In this document: piece after piece, positions 55,649 through 64,000 of the stretch
Position numbering within the stretch: the first letter of the stretch is position 1
How the letters are laid out: every line of letters begins with the position of its first letter
Virus record (IMG/VR): IMGVR_UViG_2974594478_000001
Location: 1 to 64,000 of that record
Source: a virus
Taxonomy: Duplodnaviria > Caudoviricetes
Direction: 5' to 3' (one strand)
Length of the DNA stretch: 64,000 bases
Notes under the pieces: generated by a model
The model's database searches: none
The model's input: the letters and a program-made list of their open reading frames with translations, nothing else
What the model was told of the DNA's origin: nothing
Translations under genes and position numbers: made by a program

Positions 55649-57871
55649 TTAAAGATTAAGGTTAGGGTTTAAGGCTGGATCCAATCTTGGGTCAAATTGA
55701 TTGGAACCAATGTTAAGTCGAGGATCAGGTCTTTGCTCAGACTGACCACTCAAAGCATTGAAACCTATTGCAGCATCAACACTTGGTTTACTTTCACCTT
55801 CTTTTTTAGGGGAAAGCAAGCTCTTTGTTATTTCTAGTTCTTGGTTGCCCTTAGACTGTGCTTGTTGTTTCTCCAATTCACGAGCATGTTTCGTACCAGT
55901 TTCTGTTTCAACAAAGTCCAAGTTCTTTTGATCAGCAGATGCGTCAGCTTCCTTAGCCTTGGCATTGTTGAGAGCGACCTTGGATCTGAGTTCTTCAATC
56001 TCAAGCTGGAGCTTTTGGATTTCAAGCTGTTTAGCCTGTTGAACCAATGGATCTGGTTGAGGTTGATAAGCACGAATACGATGAGCGAGTTCAGGCATTC
56101 TCTTGAGATCAGCGATCTCAGCAAGAATCATCTTGGTCATCTCCAGATCCATATTCGGACCCATAGTCTGAAGCATGAATCCAAGATCTTGAGCCTTGGC
56201 ATTGTCCACTTCAGCGGTGGAGATATCCACTTCAAGGTCAAAGTTACCAGCAAGATCTTCCCGGTTAACCGTAACAAACTCTTCATTGGTGATACGGATG
56301 ACTTCCTTGTCAGAGAGGAAGACACCATTCATAGCAATGAGCTTCTGACCAATCTGAGTCATACCCTTGGCGAGACGACGTAGAATTGCCATCTCACGTT
56401 TGGAAGCAGCATCCAGAACACCACGGATACCAGCAGCAACATCACCATAAGCTTCACCAGACATCCCACCAGAAAAGCTCTTAACACCTGTCAGTGCTTC
56501 TGCTTCTTGGTTCTGAAGCGTAAGCATGGTCAGAGCAGACTGAGGAATCTCAGGATACTTATGCTCCATATGCCCTTGTTGTGGTGGCATGTTCGGATTG
56601 AATTCATAATCCTGTCCATTCTCAAACCGACGACGGTTCAAGACATCCAGCATACCCTTGGCAAAACCTTGTTGAGCGTTGGCAGATCGACCAAGCAAAT
56701 CAATCATGCCTCTGGTGACAGCACCAAGGACATTTTGGTTATCTTCCAGAAGCTCAGCATCAGTCTCACCATAGACTTCACGCTTCTTGGGAAGATAGGG
56801 AACCACGACAAAGGGAGGTTTTTCATCCGGGAAGGGGTTCATCTCCATGCGGATAAGAACATCACCGATCCAAGTAGCAACAAATGGAACCAGTGTGTCA
56901 TCACCATTCACGTCATAATAACCCCAATACTCATAAGCTACGACACGCTTACGAAGCACATCCTTGAATTGGAATGTGTCTGGAGTTCCTGATGCATGGT
57001 CGGGATTTGTAGGAGGAGCAGCATTCTCCCAGAGAACTGCATCCAGATTCTTATAGCGATCTGGTTCCATAAGAAGTTCTGCCTTGGAAGTCTCAAAGGA
57101 GACAATGACAAAACGTGCCTTATCAAGATCCCCTTCACAGGATGGATCGATATAGACATTGGTTGGATTCAGAACTTGAAGAGTTGGACGATTGTCCAAA
57201 ATCTTCTCTTGTTCAATTTCAGAAGAACCAGTCTGAACAGCAACTGTGACCTGACCAGACTCTTCAAAGTAATCCACAGCAGCTTTGATCTCTGGTGGAA
57301 CCGTCTCTTCATATTGACGAGGATTCTCACCCTTAAGAGCAACTGCTTGATCCAATGCAGCAATTTCCTCTTCTGTCTGAGGAATTTGATGTTGGAAGAC
57401 AGGCGCTTGAATCTTTACCTTAGTGGTTGTTCGGCACCATCCCAGACGAACGATACAAGTTCCTTCATCGACTGTAGCACGAACGAAATCGTCAATGAAT
57501 TTAACTCGATTCAGCTTGGTTCTGAATTGATGATTGAGAACAAGTTCATTCTGCTTGGCAGCAGGACCATCCTCAAAAGTGACAGGAGATATCTTGAACA
57601 GCTTATTGGAACCAAGGAATGGTTCCGTCAAAGCAGAATATCTCCACTCAGCCTGACGACGAATCAGCTTAGGTTGAACAGAGCTTCGACCTTTGACCTT
57701 AGCAGGCTTTGCCTTGCCCTCTACATTGAGTAGATCGGTCCATTTCCTGATCTTGGAAACCTGATCATCATGAGAAGTCTTTGCAGCTTCCAGATCATAT
57801 TTAAGATCCAGAATGGAAGGTTCCTTCTTCCACTGGGTCAACTTCTTCTGATGCAGATTAACGGTTTCCAT
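55649..57871 (-). CDS. Portal protein (N4 gp59-like)
   Basis: 740 aa; [50 protein letters not shown]. Confidence 0.95.
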   Translation of the reverse strand: METVNLHQKKLTQWKKEPSILDLKYDLEAAKTSHDDQVSKIRKWTDLLNVEGKAKPAKVKGRSSVQPKLIRRQAEWRYSALTEPFLGSNKLFKISPVTFEDGPAAKQNELVLNHQFRTKLNRVKFIDDFVRATVDEGTCIVRLGWCRTTTKVKIQAPVFQHQIPQTEEEIAALDQAVALKGENPRQYEETVPPEIKAAVDYFEESGQVTVAVQTGSSEIEQEKILDNRPTLQVLNPTNVYIDPSCEGDLDKARFVIVSFETSKAELLMEPDRYKNLDAVLWENAAPPTNPDHASGTPDTFQFKDVLRKRVVAYEYWGYYDVNGDDTLVPFVATWIGDVLIRMEMNPFPDEKPPFVVVPYLPKKREVYGETDAELLEDNQNVLGAVTRGMIDLLGRSANAQQGFAKGMLDVLNRRRFENGQDYEFNPNMPPQQGHMEHKYPEIPQSALTMLTLQNQEAEALTGVKSFSGGMSGEAYGDVAAGIRGVLDAASKREMAILRRLAKGMTQIGQKLIAMNGVFLSDKEVIRITNEEFVTVNREDLAGNFDLEVDISTAEVDNAKAQDLGFMLQTMGPNMDLEMTKMILAEIADLKRMPELAHRIRAYQPQPDPLVQQAKQLEIQKLQLEIEELRSKVALNNAKAKEADASADQKNLDFVETETGTKHARELEKQQAQSKGNQELEITKSLLSPKKEGESKPSVDAAIGFNALSGQSEQRPDPRLNIGSNQFDPRLDPALNPNLNL

Positions 57872-57874
57872 AAT

Positions 57875-58216
57875 TTATTTCCAAGTCAGAAATGAAGAAA
57901 CATAAGTCCAAGTACCAACAGCACCCGCTGCCATAGAGAGAAGGATACCACCAAGCTTCCAAATAAAGGTGCCTAACTTACCTGCACCTTGAGCTTGAAT
58001 CTTGTATGTAGCGAATTCTTCAACTGTTGGCGAGATTGTTCCCAACTTCTTTTCCAGATCAGCAACTCTCCAGTCAAGATGGTCAACTTTACGATCTACT
58101 CTTTCAAGTTTCTCGTACATAGCTTTACGACCATCTCTCGCTTCATCCAGTTGACGTTCAATGTTTTTAAGAGCCTCAGCCAACGCCCCTAATTCCTTCA
58201 TAGGTGTATCAGTCAT
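57875..58216 (-). CDS. Coiled-coil + C-terminal TM protein, possible holin-like
   Basis: ATGA overlap with the o-spanin stop; heptads then a hydrophobic GGILLSMAAGAVG segment. Confidence 0.5.
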   Translation of the reverse strand: MTDTPMKELGALAEALKNIERQLDEARDGRKAMYEKLERVDRKVDHLDWRVADLEKKLGTISPTVEEFATYKIQAQGAGKLGTFIWKLGGILLSMAAGAVGTWTYVSSFLTWK

Positions 58217-58470
58217 TCCCGTAATTCCTTGCGTCTTACAGCACTTGCTTCTGTATGACGCTGGCATTCGGCAGACATGAAAACTCCACCGCCACAGCCC
58301 CTTGCGACGGTTTCATCAATTCTGTTCTGATCCTGTAATGTCTTTCCCATAGTACCGGGTAGAATCCCGCCGACGACTGATCGGACCCCTTGTACAGTAA
58401 CCGGACTTGAAGTCATACATCCCGCCAGAGTCAATGCACCTGTACAAAGCACTAGTAGCTTCACTTGCAT
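58213..58470 (-). CDS. o-spanin (Rz1-like lipoprotein)
   Basis: Signal peptide with lipobox LTLAG-C; overlaps the i-spanin 3' half in another frame. Confidence 0.8.
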   Translation of the reverse strand: MQVKLLVLCTGALTLAGCMTSSPVTVQGVRSVVGGILPGTMGKTLQDQNRIDETVARGCGGGVFMSAECQRHTEASAVRRKELRE

Positions 58471-58621
58471 TCTTAGTCGCATTGGAATTCTCCCGTTCTA
58501 TTTTCAGTGTAACTTCTTCAGCACCCCGCTCTTTAACCAATTTATAACCATAGAAAGCAGCAGAGATTCCTGCTGCTACTACGGCGACTTTGAGCCAATT
58601 AATGGAAAGAGGAAGCATCAT
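58316..58621 (-). CDS. i-spanin (Rz-like)
   Basis: N-terminal TM, periplasmic helix, CIDSGGMYDFKSGYC. Confidence 0.75.
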   Translation of the reverse strand: MMLPLSINWLKVAVVAAGISAAFYGYKLVKERGAEEVTLKIERENSNATKNASEATSALYRCIDSGGMYDFKSGYCTRGPISRRRDSTRYYGKDITGSEQN

Positions 58622-59445
58622 ACTTCCCCTTCCAGTTCTGTCTTAATGGTTCTGATACGACGGATGATCCACTCACCACCCAACAGCATGATGAGGATGA
58701 AGATCCCGGAGGAACCTAGGACAAGAATGAGTGTCTGTGTGTCCAGACCACCGAGCCAAGTAAATAGACCAGCAATAGAACCTGCTGCACCAACGAACCA
58801 AGAGAGAAGATTCGTTTTCTTACGAACTTCAGTTTCAACCTTCTCAGGGACAACTGGTGTAGGGACTTTGACTTCAATCTCTACAGTTTCAAGAGGTTGT
58901 TCCTGAAGGTGACGTTCACGAACTTCAGCAAGAACCTTCCGAACCTTATCCACAGTGATAGGTGTTCTCTGTCCAGCATAGTGACCCTTGCCTTGGACAT
59001 TCGGAAGAGATGCCCATTCCATAGCAAGCTGGTTGATCAGGGTATCTTCTTTGAGACGACCAGAGAGATATTTATCAATACCTCTTTGACCCAGAAGGAA
59101 GCAGGCTAGACGATCTTGCATCTCTTCATTGAACTTCTCATATCCGAGAAGGTTCAGTTGACGGCGCATACTTCTGAGAGTGGTTCCAACAATCTGGTAA
59201 CGACCCAGTGCAGAAGAGTTCCACTTCTTATTGTCTGGATCTTTGAGCATCTTTAGTTGAAGCTCATTGATCTGATCCAGTGTCATATCGGTCAACACGA
59301 TGTTAGGAGCTTTACCTCTTTGGGTCACAATCCCATCAAGCATAGCTCCATAAGCGAGAGTCTCATTGTACCCATCACCTTGATCAGTCCCTTCTGTGAA
59401 ACCAATTAGGTCCAGAAGGGGACGGTATACATAAAACTTATCCAT
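58618..59445 (-). CDS. Endolysin (lambda R/GH104-like lysozyme fold) with C-terminal TM helices
   Basis: LLDLIGFTEG, SSALGRYQI, QDRLA, EWASLP; hydrophobic tail LLSWFVGAAGSIAGLF...LILVLGSSGIFILIMLLGG. Confidence 0.85.
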   Translation of the reverse strand: MDKFYVYRPLLDLIGFTEGTDQGDGYNETLAYGAMLDGIVTQRGKAPNIVLTDMTLDQINELQLKMLKDPDNKKWNSSALGRYQIVGTTLRSMRRQLNLLGYEKFNEEMQDRLACFLLGQRGIDKYLSGRLKEDTLINQLAMEWASLPNVQGKGHYAGQRTPITVDKVRKVLAEVRERHLQEQPLETVEIEVKVPTPVVPEKVETEVRKKTNLLSWFVGAAGSIAGLFTWLGGLDTQTLILVLGSSGIFILIMLLGGEWIIRRIRTIKTELEGEV

Positions 59446-59504
59446 TGTAGTCTACCTATGTTGGAATCATTTCTCTGACTACTAACATTAGCTGAGAATC
59501 TACA

Positions 59505-59542
59505 CAAAGAAAAAACGCCCCAGAGTTTAATCTGAGGCGTTT
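59505..59542 (-). terminator. Terminator between tailspike and lysis genes
   Basis: AAACGCC-c-CAGA-gtttaa-TCTG-a-GGCGTTT; T-rich tract follows on the minus strand. Confidence 0.7.
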
Positions 59543-59551
59543 ACTTAATGA

Positions 59552-61672
59552 TTAGGTTTGAGTTCCTACAATCACCCCATCCGTATCACTTGCCCTTAGA
59601 GCACCTGAGGTCATAATTCGTAGATCACCTGTGGAATCTTGCCAGAGAGCATTAATCCCGAGGAACATATTATCCCCTGTATTTGTGTCCCCCGGATTGT
59701 TGCATTTGACAGATGAAAACAGGGAAGTGTTATTCATGTTAATCTGTGCAGATGCACCACCTGTAAGAATGTTCCCTGTACAAACACCATTAATAGCGGT
59801 TGCCGCTGTCACAATACGATTGATGGCGTTACCGCCAATAATGTTATTAATACACAGGAAGTTAGCGCCCGAAATACTGATTCCGTCTGTAACACCACCT
59901 GTAAAATGATTCCCAATAATCTTGATATCAGCAGCAGTTGAACCACCAAAACCACGAAGAGCATTCGCACTGTTGATATAGCAATCCTTCATTTCAAAAC
60001 GAGATGCTGTACTAAACAAGGACGTTGCTTGTGTAGCTGAGGTAATAGCAGTCATTTCTAGACGGCAATTGAGAATCTTGCAGTCTGTACCACGAATAGA
60101 CCATGCGAGCCTGTCATCTGTCTGTGTACCACCACTGTTTATGAACTGTGCTCCCGGTCCTTCCGAGTAGAACATCTCATCACCAGAGCAATTCTCAATC
60201 CAGCAATTGATGAATTTGACAGAAATAGATGTTGCTGAACCAGCATGGATGAAACCAAGTGTAGAAGTTTTACAGAAAATGTTTTCAAAGATGACATCCT
60301 TGACAACACGACCTGTAACAATAGGACGACCTGTTGCACCAAGAGTGTTCATAGTGAGGTTACGAACCACAGATCGTCTACAGTTCGACAAGGTAACACC
60401 ACCAACACCACTAACTTCAATGTGGTTGCTATCAAACACATGTCCTGTGTTATCCGCACCATCATGATCAAAACCTACAACACCATTAGAGTAGGTGAAG
60501 GATGAGTTCTCTCCTTCTGTGGTAAACACATTCTGATTACCAGCAGTCTCCATAGAGGCAGAAAGAACCCAGTTGTGATGCACGTAATGATTATGAACGT
60601 GGTACTGAAAGGTGACTGCCTTCCGTCCAACGTTAGAGAAGAAGCAGTTTCGAACCTCGACATTCCGGCACATAGAACCGCCGATACCGTTGTCGTTGGT
60701 TCCATTGTTGGTATCAACATGGATACCGTCGATCAGGATATTGTCTACAAATACCGCAGGTTGACCCCCACTAACTGTAGGCAAAAGACCAGCAATGCCA
60801 ATAAATTGACCTACACCAGATGGTGTAAATGCTACCAGTCTCATCCATGATCTATAACCATCACCCTTGATGAACATAGAGCGACGAACTGGAATGGACG
60901 TAGAGCACAAATATCTTTGACCCGACTCAATATCCAATCCCGGTACATAGGAACCAGGACCAAAAAAGAAGGAGCAAACAAAGGCATTGTAATCATCGGT
61001 GACATTATCACCTTTAGCGCCGAACCAGAAAGGAGAGGACCAAGGGATTCTAGGATTACCTTGGAGACCAAGGATATATGGAGTCAGTGAGTTGCTCACA
61101 TAGGAACTTTGAACAAGATCACCACTGAAAATCTGTTGGTAAGCATCAGCAATAATACCACCGTTCCATGTGATAATTACATCTGTACCAATTTTCAGTT
61201 TAGCACCATTATCAAAGATAACTACACATGTGCTTGGAACAGTAACGTTATCGTCAATAAGGTACTCACCAGTCACAACTCTAACGTATGGGAATGTGTT
61301 AACTATTGCTTGGAAAGCAGCAGAAACATCTACCAAACCAGAGTCATCAGCATTGAATGCATTAAACTCAACTATGGTGAAGATACTTTGTGTGCCAATG
61401 TGATTGGCTCTGTTGATTGCGTTAGCTGCATTGGTCTCAGAAGTTGCAGCACTCAGAGCAGCAGCACTCGCACTCAATGCAGCAGCAGCAGCGGATTCTG
61501 CTGCACTATCAATTTCATCATCTTTGTCAGCAAGGAACTTAGCGAAAGAGGGGAGAGTTACTCCCCCACTCGTTTGCCAAGTTTCCAGTGCTGTACCATT
61601 AACAAGCTTATCTACTCTCTCCTCATTCTCTTTGAAACGAGGGATAGCAAGGACGAGGGGAAGCTGAGTCAT
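59552..61672 (-). CDS. Tailspike/depolymerase (pectate-lyase-like beta-helix)
   Basis: N-terminal anchor with Ala run and RANHIGTQ; WFGAKGDNVTDDYNAF; repeated beta-helix rungs; C-terminal LWQDSTGDLRI...SDTDG. Confidence 0.82.
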   Translation of the reverse strand: MTQLPLVLAIPRFKENEERVDKLVNGTALETWQTSGGVTLPSFAKFLADKDDEIDSAAESAAAAALSASAAALSAATSETNAANAINRANHIGTQSIFTIVEFNAFNADDSGLVDVSAAFQAIVNTFPYVRVVTGEYLIDDNVTVPSTCVVIFDNGAKLKIGTDVIITWNGGIIADAYQQIFSGDLVQSSYVSNSLTPYILGLQGNPRIPWSSPFWFGAKGDNVTDDYNAFVCSFFFGPGSYVPGLDIESGQRYLCSTSIPVRRSMFIKGDGYRSWMRLVAFTPSGVGQFIGIAGLLPTVSGGQPAVFVDNILIDGIHVDTNNGTNDNGIGGSMCRNVEVRNCFFSNVGRKAVTFQYHVHNHYVHHNWVLSASMETAGNQNVFTTEGENSSFTYSNGVVGFDHDGADNTGHVFDSNHIEVSGVGGVTLSNCRRSVVRNLTMNTLGATGRPIVTGRVVKDVIFENIFCKTSTLGFIHAGSATSISVKFINCWIENCSGDEMFYSEGPGAQFINSGGTQTDDRLAWSIRGTDCKILNCRLEMTAITSATQATSLFSTASRFEMKDCYINSANALRGFGGSTAADIKIIGNHFTGGVTDGISISGANFLCINNIIGGNAINRIVTAATAINGVCTGNILTGGASAQINMNNTSLFSSVKCNNPGDTNTGDNMFLGINALWQDSTGDLRIMTSGALRASDTDGVIVGTQT

Positions 61673-61685
61673 GAGGTATTAATCC

Positions 61686-63581
61686 TTAACTTCTATATTC
61701 ACCAGCATAATTAATTGTTAGAGGTGAACCACTGGTGATTTCCGTAGATTGAATCGGTGCAGAACCTGCTGCTGCAACAAGACCCCTCATTTCCAAGAAA
61801 GAGTTACCATTTGTTGGGTTGATAATAAGCATGGTTCTACTATTCCAATCAATAAGAGAACTTAGAGATTGGATAACTATATTGCCTACAGAACTAGCTG
61901 CATTAAATGGCATACCTGTTAGACGGAGATTACCAGATGCAGCAACGGTAAATGTAGGTGTGCCTGTGAAAGCTCCTTCAACATAGATTTGACGACCTTT
62001 ACGCTTCCACCGTCCAGAAGCTGTTACAGCAGATAAAGCTAGATCGCCGGGAGTTGCGAAACTAATACTTGGTGTAAATACGCCTTCTGATTCTACTTCA
62101 TCGATAAAATCAGCATCTGTTAGAATCAAAGATGGAACATTTACAATTCCTGACACCCCACCTCTAGCAAATCCTTTAATACCAGAAGCCTTAGTAGCAA
62201 AAGGAGAACCTCCACTTTGATTGAGTGTTACTTCAAAGTCATAAGATCCATTATTCTGGCTATCAACATCTACCCAGACATCTCTCCAAACAGCATCTGA
62301 TGCTGAAGCTTCATACTTCACACCAGCACCAATATTATCTGAAGTGCGTCCCTTAATGTAGATTGCTTCTGGGGATGTAGTTCCCCCAGCTTGAACCTGA
62401 ATACCAGCAGTTCTGGATTTCTCTGTATCAGCGAAAAGAATATGAACATGATTAGATCGTTCGACCCAGCAACCGATATAACCAGACTGAGCTTGAGAAA
62501 GAGCGCGGTTCATAAATGAACCAATTTGAACATGTTGAGAGTTACGAATAGCAAGGGATTCCTTGTTACCGTCGTTATCAACCAATGGGGTGTCAATATA
62601 ATTAACTCCATCATTGGAAGCATAATTCATATATCCGGGGGTTCCGAACCAGTTACCGTTGCCTACATCCTCTGTGTACAAACTTTCAATAGTGATGCGC
62701 TTAATGTTAAATGCATCAGCATCATCTTGTTTGAATCCACAACCATATGAGCGATAAATCTTGACAGCACCAAATGCGATACGTTGATTCGGAACAGTAG
62801 TTCCAGAGGCTACTGCACCAATGCGTACACCATGTTCAAGCATATCAAATGCTTGCCATCCCCCACCAAGTCCGAAGGAACTATCTGAACAACCACCCAG
62901 AACCAAAGAATTTAGACCGGGAGTCATTGGTCCCCTTGGTCTTGGTAGAGCAATGGCAGAAACAGCACTCAAGCTTGTCGTAAAACCAGTCATGACATGG
63001 ATGTCACGAGATCCATGTATGTAACCTCCCATAAGGGTTTCTAGGTTACGAAGCTTCTCGATGACAACATCCGTACTGTTGACGATACACCAACCACGAT
63101 CAAAGCGATTGATCAGAACTTGACCAATCCTAACATGTTGAGCATCTTCAATAAGAAGTGCTCCAGAGATTAGATCTGTGGATCCACCTTCTTGTCTATT
63201 GATATTGTAGCCAACTGAATTGGCTTCAAAATAATCAACTTGACACTGAGATTGTACCTTCACCAAAGATCGGATGGTATCTATCCCAGTGGGTAGATTT
63301 GTTTTTAGATAATTTACACAAACACCTAAACCAAGAGTGATTAGCGGTGTAGCTCTATCAACCCCTATCGGTTCAAATGTAGGTTCAAAAATCGTACCAG
63401 TTTCAGCAATGATGATTGAATTATCTGGAATAGTGAATGGAGCATCGAAGGTATATGTACCCGCTGGAATAAGAAAAATTTTGATTCCAGAAGAAAACAT
63501 AGATTCAATAGAACCTCCCCATTTATTTGGGGAAGTGTATTGAAAGCCTTCAATCATTTCAGCAGAGATTTTCGAAGTCAT
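61686..63581 (-). CDS. Second tailspike/receptor-binding protein (beta-helix, no obvious anchor)
   Basis: FLIPAGTYTF start of helix; beta-rich repeats; C-terminal GRWKRKGRQIYV...LRLTGMPF domain. Confidence 0.75.
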   Translation of the reverse strand: MTSKISAEMIEGFQYTSPNKWGGSIESMFSSGIKIFLIPAGTYTFDAPFTIPDNSIIIAETGTIFEPTFEPIGVDRATPLITLGLGVCVNYLKTNLPTGIDTIRSLVKVQSQCQVDYFEANSVGYNINRQEGGSTDLISGALLIEDAQHVRIGQVLINRFDRGWCIVNSTDVVIEKLRNLETLMGGYIHGSRDIHVMTGFTTSLSAVSAIALPRPRGPMTPGLNSLVLGGCSDSSFGLGGGWQAFDMLEHGVRIGAVASGTTVPNQRIAFGAVKIYRSYGCGFKQDDADAFNIKRITIESLYTEDVGNGNWFGTPGYMNYASNDGVNYIDTPLVDNDGNKESLAIRNSQHVQIGSFMNRALSQAQSGYIGCWVERSNHVHILFADTEKSRTAGIQVQAGGTTSPEAIYIKGRTSDNIGAGVKYEASASDAVWRDVWVDVDSQNNGSYDFEVTLNQSGGSPFATKASGIKGFARGGVSGIVNVPSLILTDADFIDEVESEGVFTPSISFATPGDLALSAVTASGRWKRKGRQIYVEGAFTGTPTFTVAASGNLRLTGMPFNAASSVGNIVIQSLSSLIDWNSRTMLIINPTNGNSFLEMRGLVAAAGSAPIQSTEITSGSPLTINYAGEYRS

Positions 63582-63596
63582 CAGTGTGTATTCCTA

Positions 63597-64000
63597 TTAA
63601 TATGTAGTGAACGTAGCAGAACCACTGGTAGCAAGGATAGTAGCACCAATTCCAAGAATACCTCTGTGTTTGACCACAGAACCAGCAGTGGTAGCCCTAA
63701 CCACGCTGAGAGGAGCGACAGAGTTTCTAAGAGTAACTCCATCACAGATAATCTCAGTTGCTGAACCAGTGCCAATGATGACTACTCCTACAAATGACCC
63801 ACCACTTTTGTTAACATCAGCGAGATCAATGTTGCGGAGAATTCCCTTGAAATCTCCATTACGCATATCAATGCCATGATCTGTACACCCAACACCCACA
63901 AAGTCTTTTAGGATGAACCCGGTATGTTGACCTGTCATCTTAATGAAGCTCTCTGGGGTAGTCATAGGACCGGGAGAACCAGCAGGTGTGTAATCCATAA
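63597..64000 (-). CDS. 3' end of a probable third tailspike-like gene (truncated by the window)
   Basis: Beta-helix-like I/V/G/D/N repeats; the frame has no stop up to the window edge. Confidence 0.55.
   Translation of the reverse strand, partial: MDYTPAGSPGPMTTPESFIKMTGQHTGFILKDFVGVGCTDHGIDMRNGDFKGILRNIDLADVNKSGGSFVGVVIIGTGSATEIICDGVTLRNSVAPLSVVRATTAGSVVKHRGILGIGATILATSGSATFTTY

Overview
The window is most of the genome of an N4-like (Schitoviridae-type) lytic podophage. It appears circularly permuted, with the physical end/terminal repeat probably near 310-490. Order of modules: a conserved terminal gene (68-310); an early region with three vRNAP hairpin promoters (491, 3804, 4495), gp1, gp2/Drc and about 35 small accessory ORFs; the split RNAP II genes; an Ig-like capsid decoration gene; MoxR-AAA/VWA; dCTP deaminase; ThyA; rIIA/rIIB; the replication block (helicase, family A DNA polymerase, nuclease, primase, AAA, SSB, RusA); then minus-strand late genes (3,422-aa virion RNA polymerase, ejection/structural proteins, major capsid, portal, lysis cassette and at least three tailspike-like genes, the last truncated). 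Terminase lies outside the window. An alphaproteobacterial host is an inference from lysis-gene style and promoter shape. I saw no tRNA, integrase, intron, HNH or CRISPR array. Most notable unexplained signals: (1) a GAACCA(AGGA) motif that forms stereotyped early gene junctions, recurs genome-wide on both strands, and whose complement opens a ~170-nt nested structured RNA at 13139-13310; (2) a fourth vRNAP-type hairpin pointing leftward, antisense to gp1; (3) an unannotated 59-aa Acb2/Tad1-like helical hairpin plus SLOG and macro-like genes as anti-defence candidates; (4) an in-frame RusA/gp47-like fusion with an internal RBS; (5) an endolysin with C-terminal membrane helices. N4 gene-number assignments rest on remembered motifs, size and synteny, not on a database search. 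All counts are by eye.
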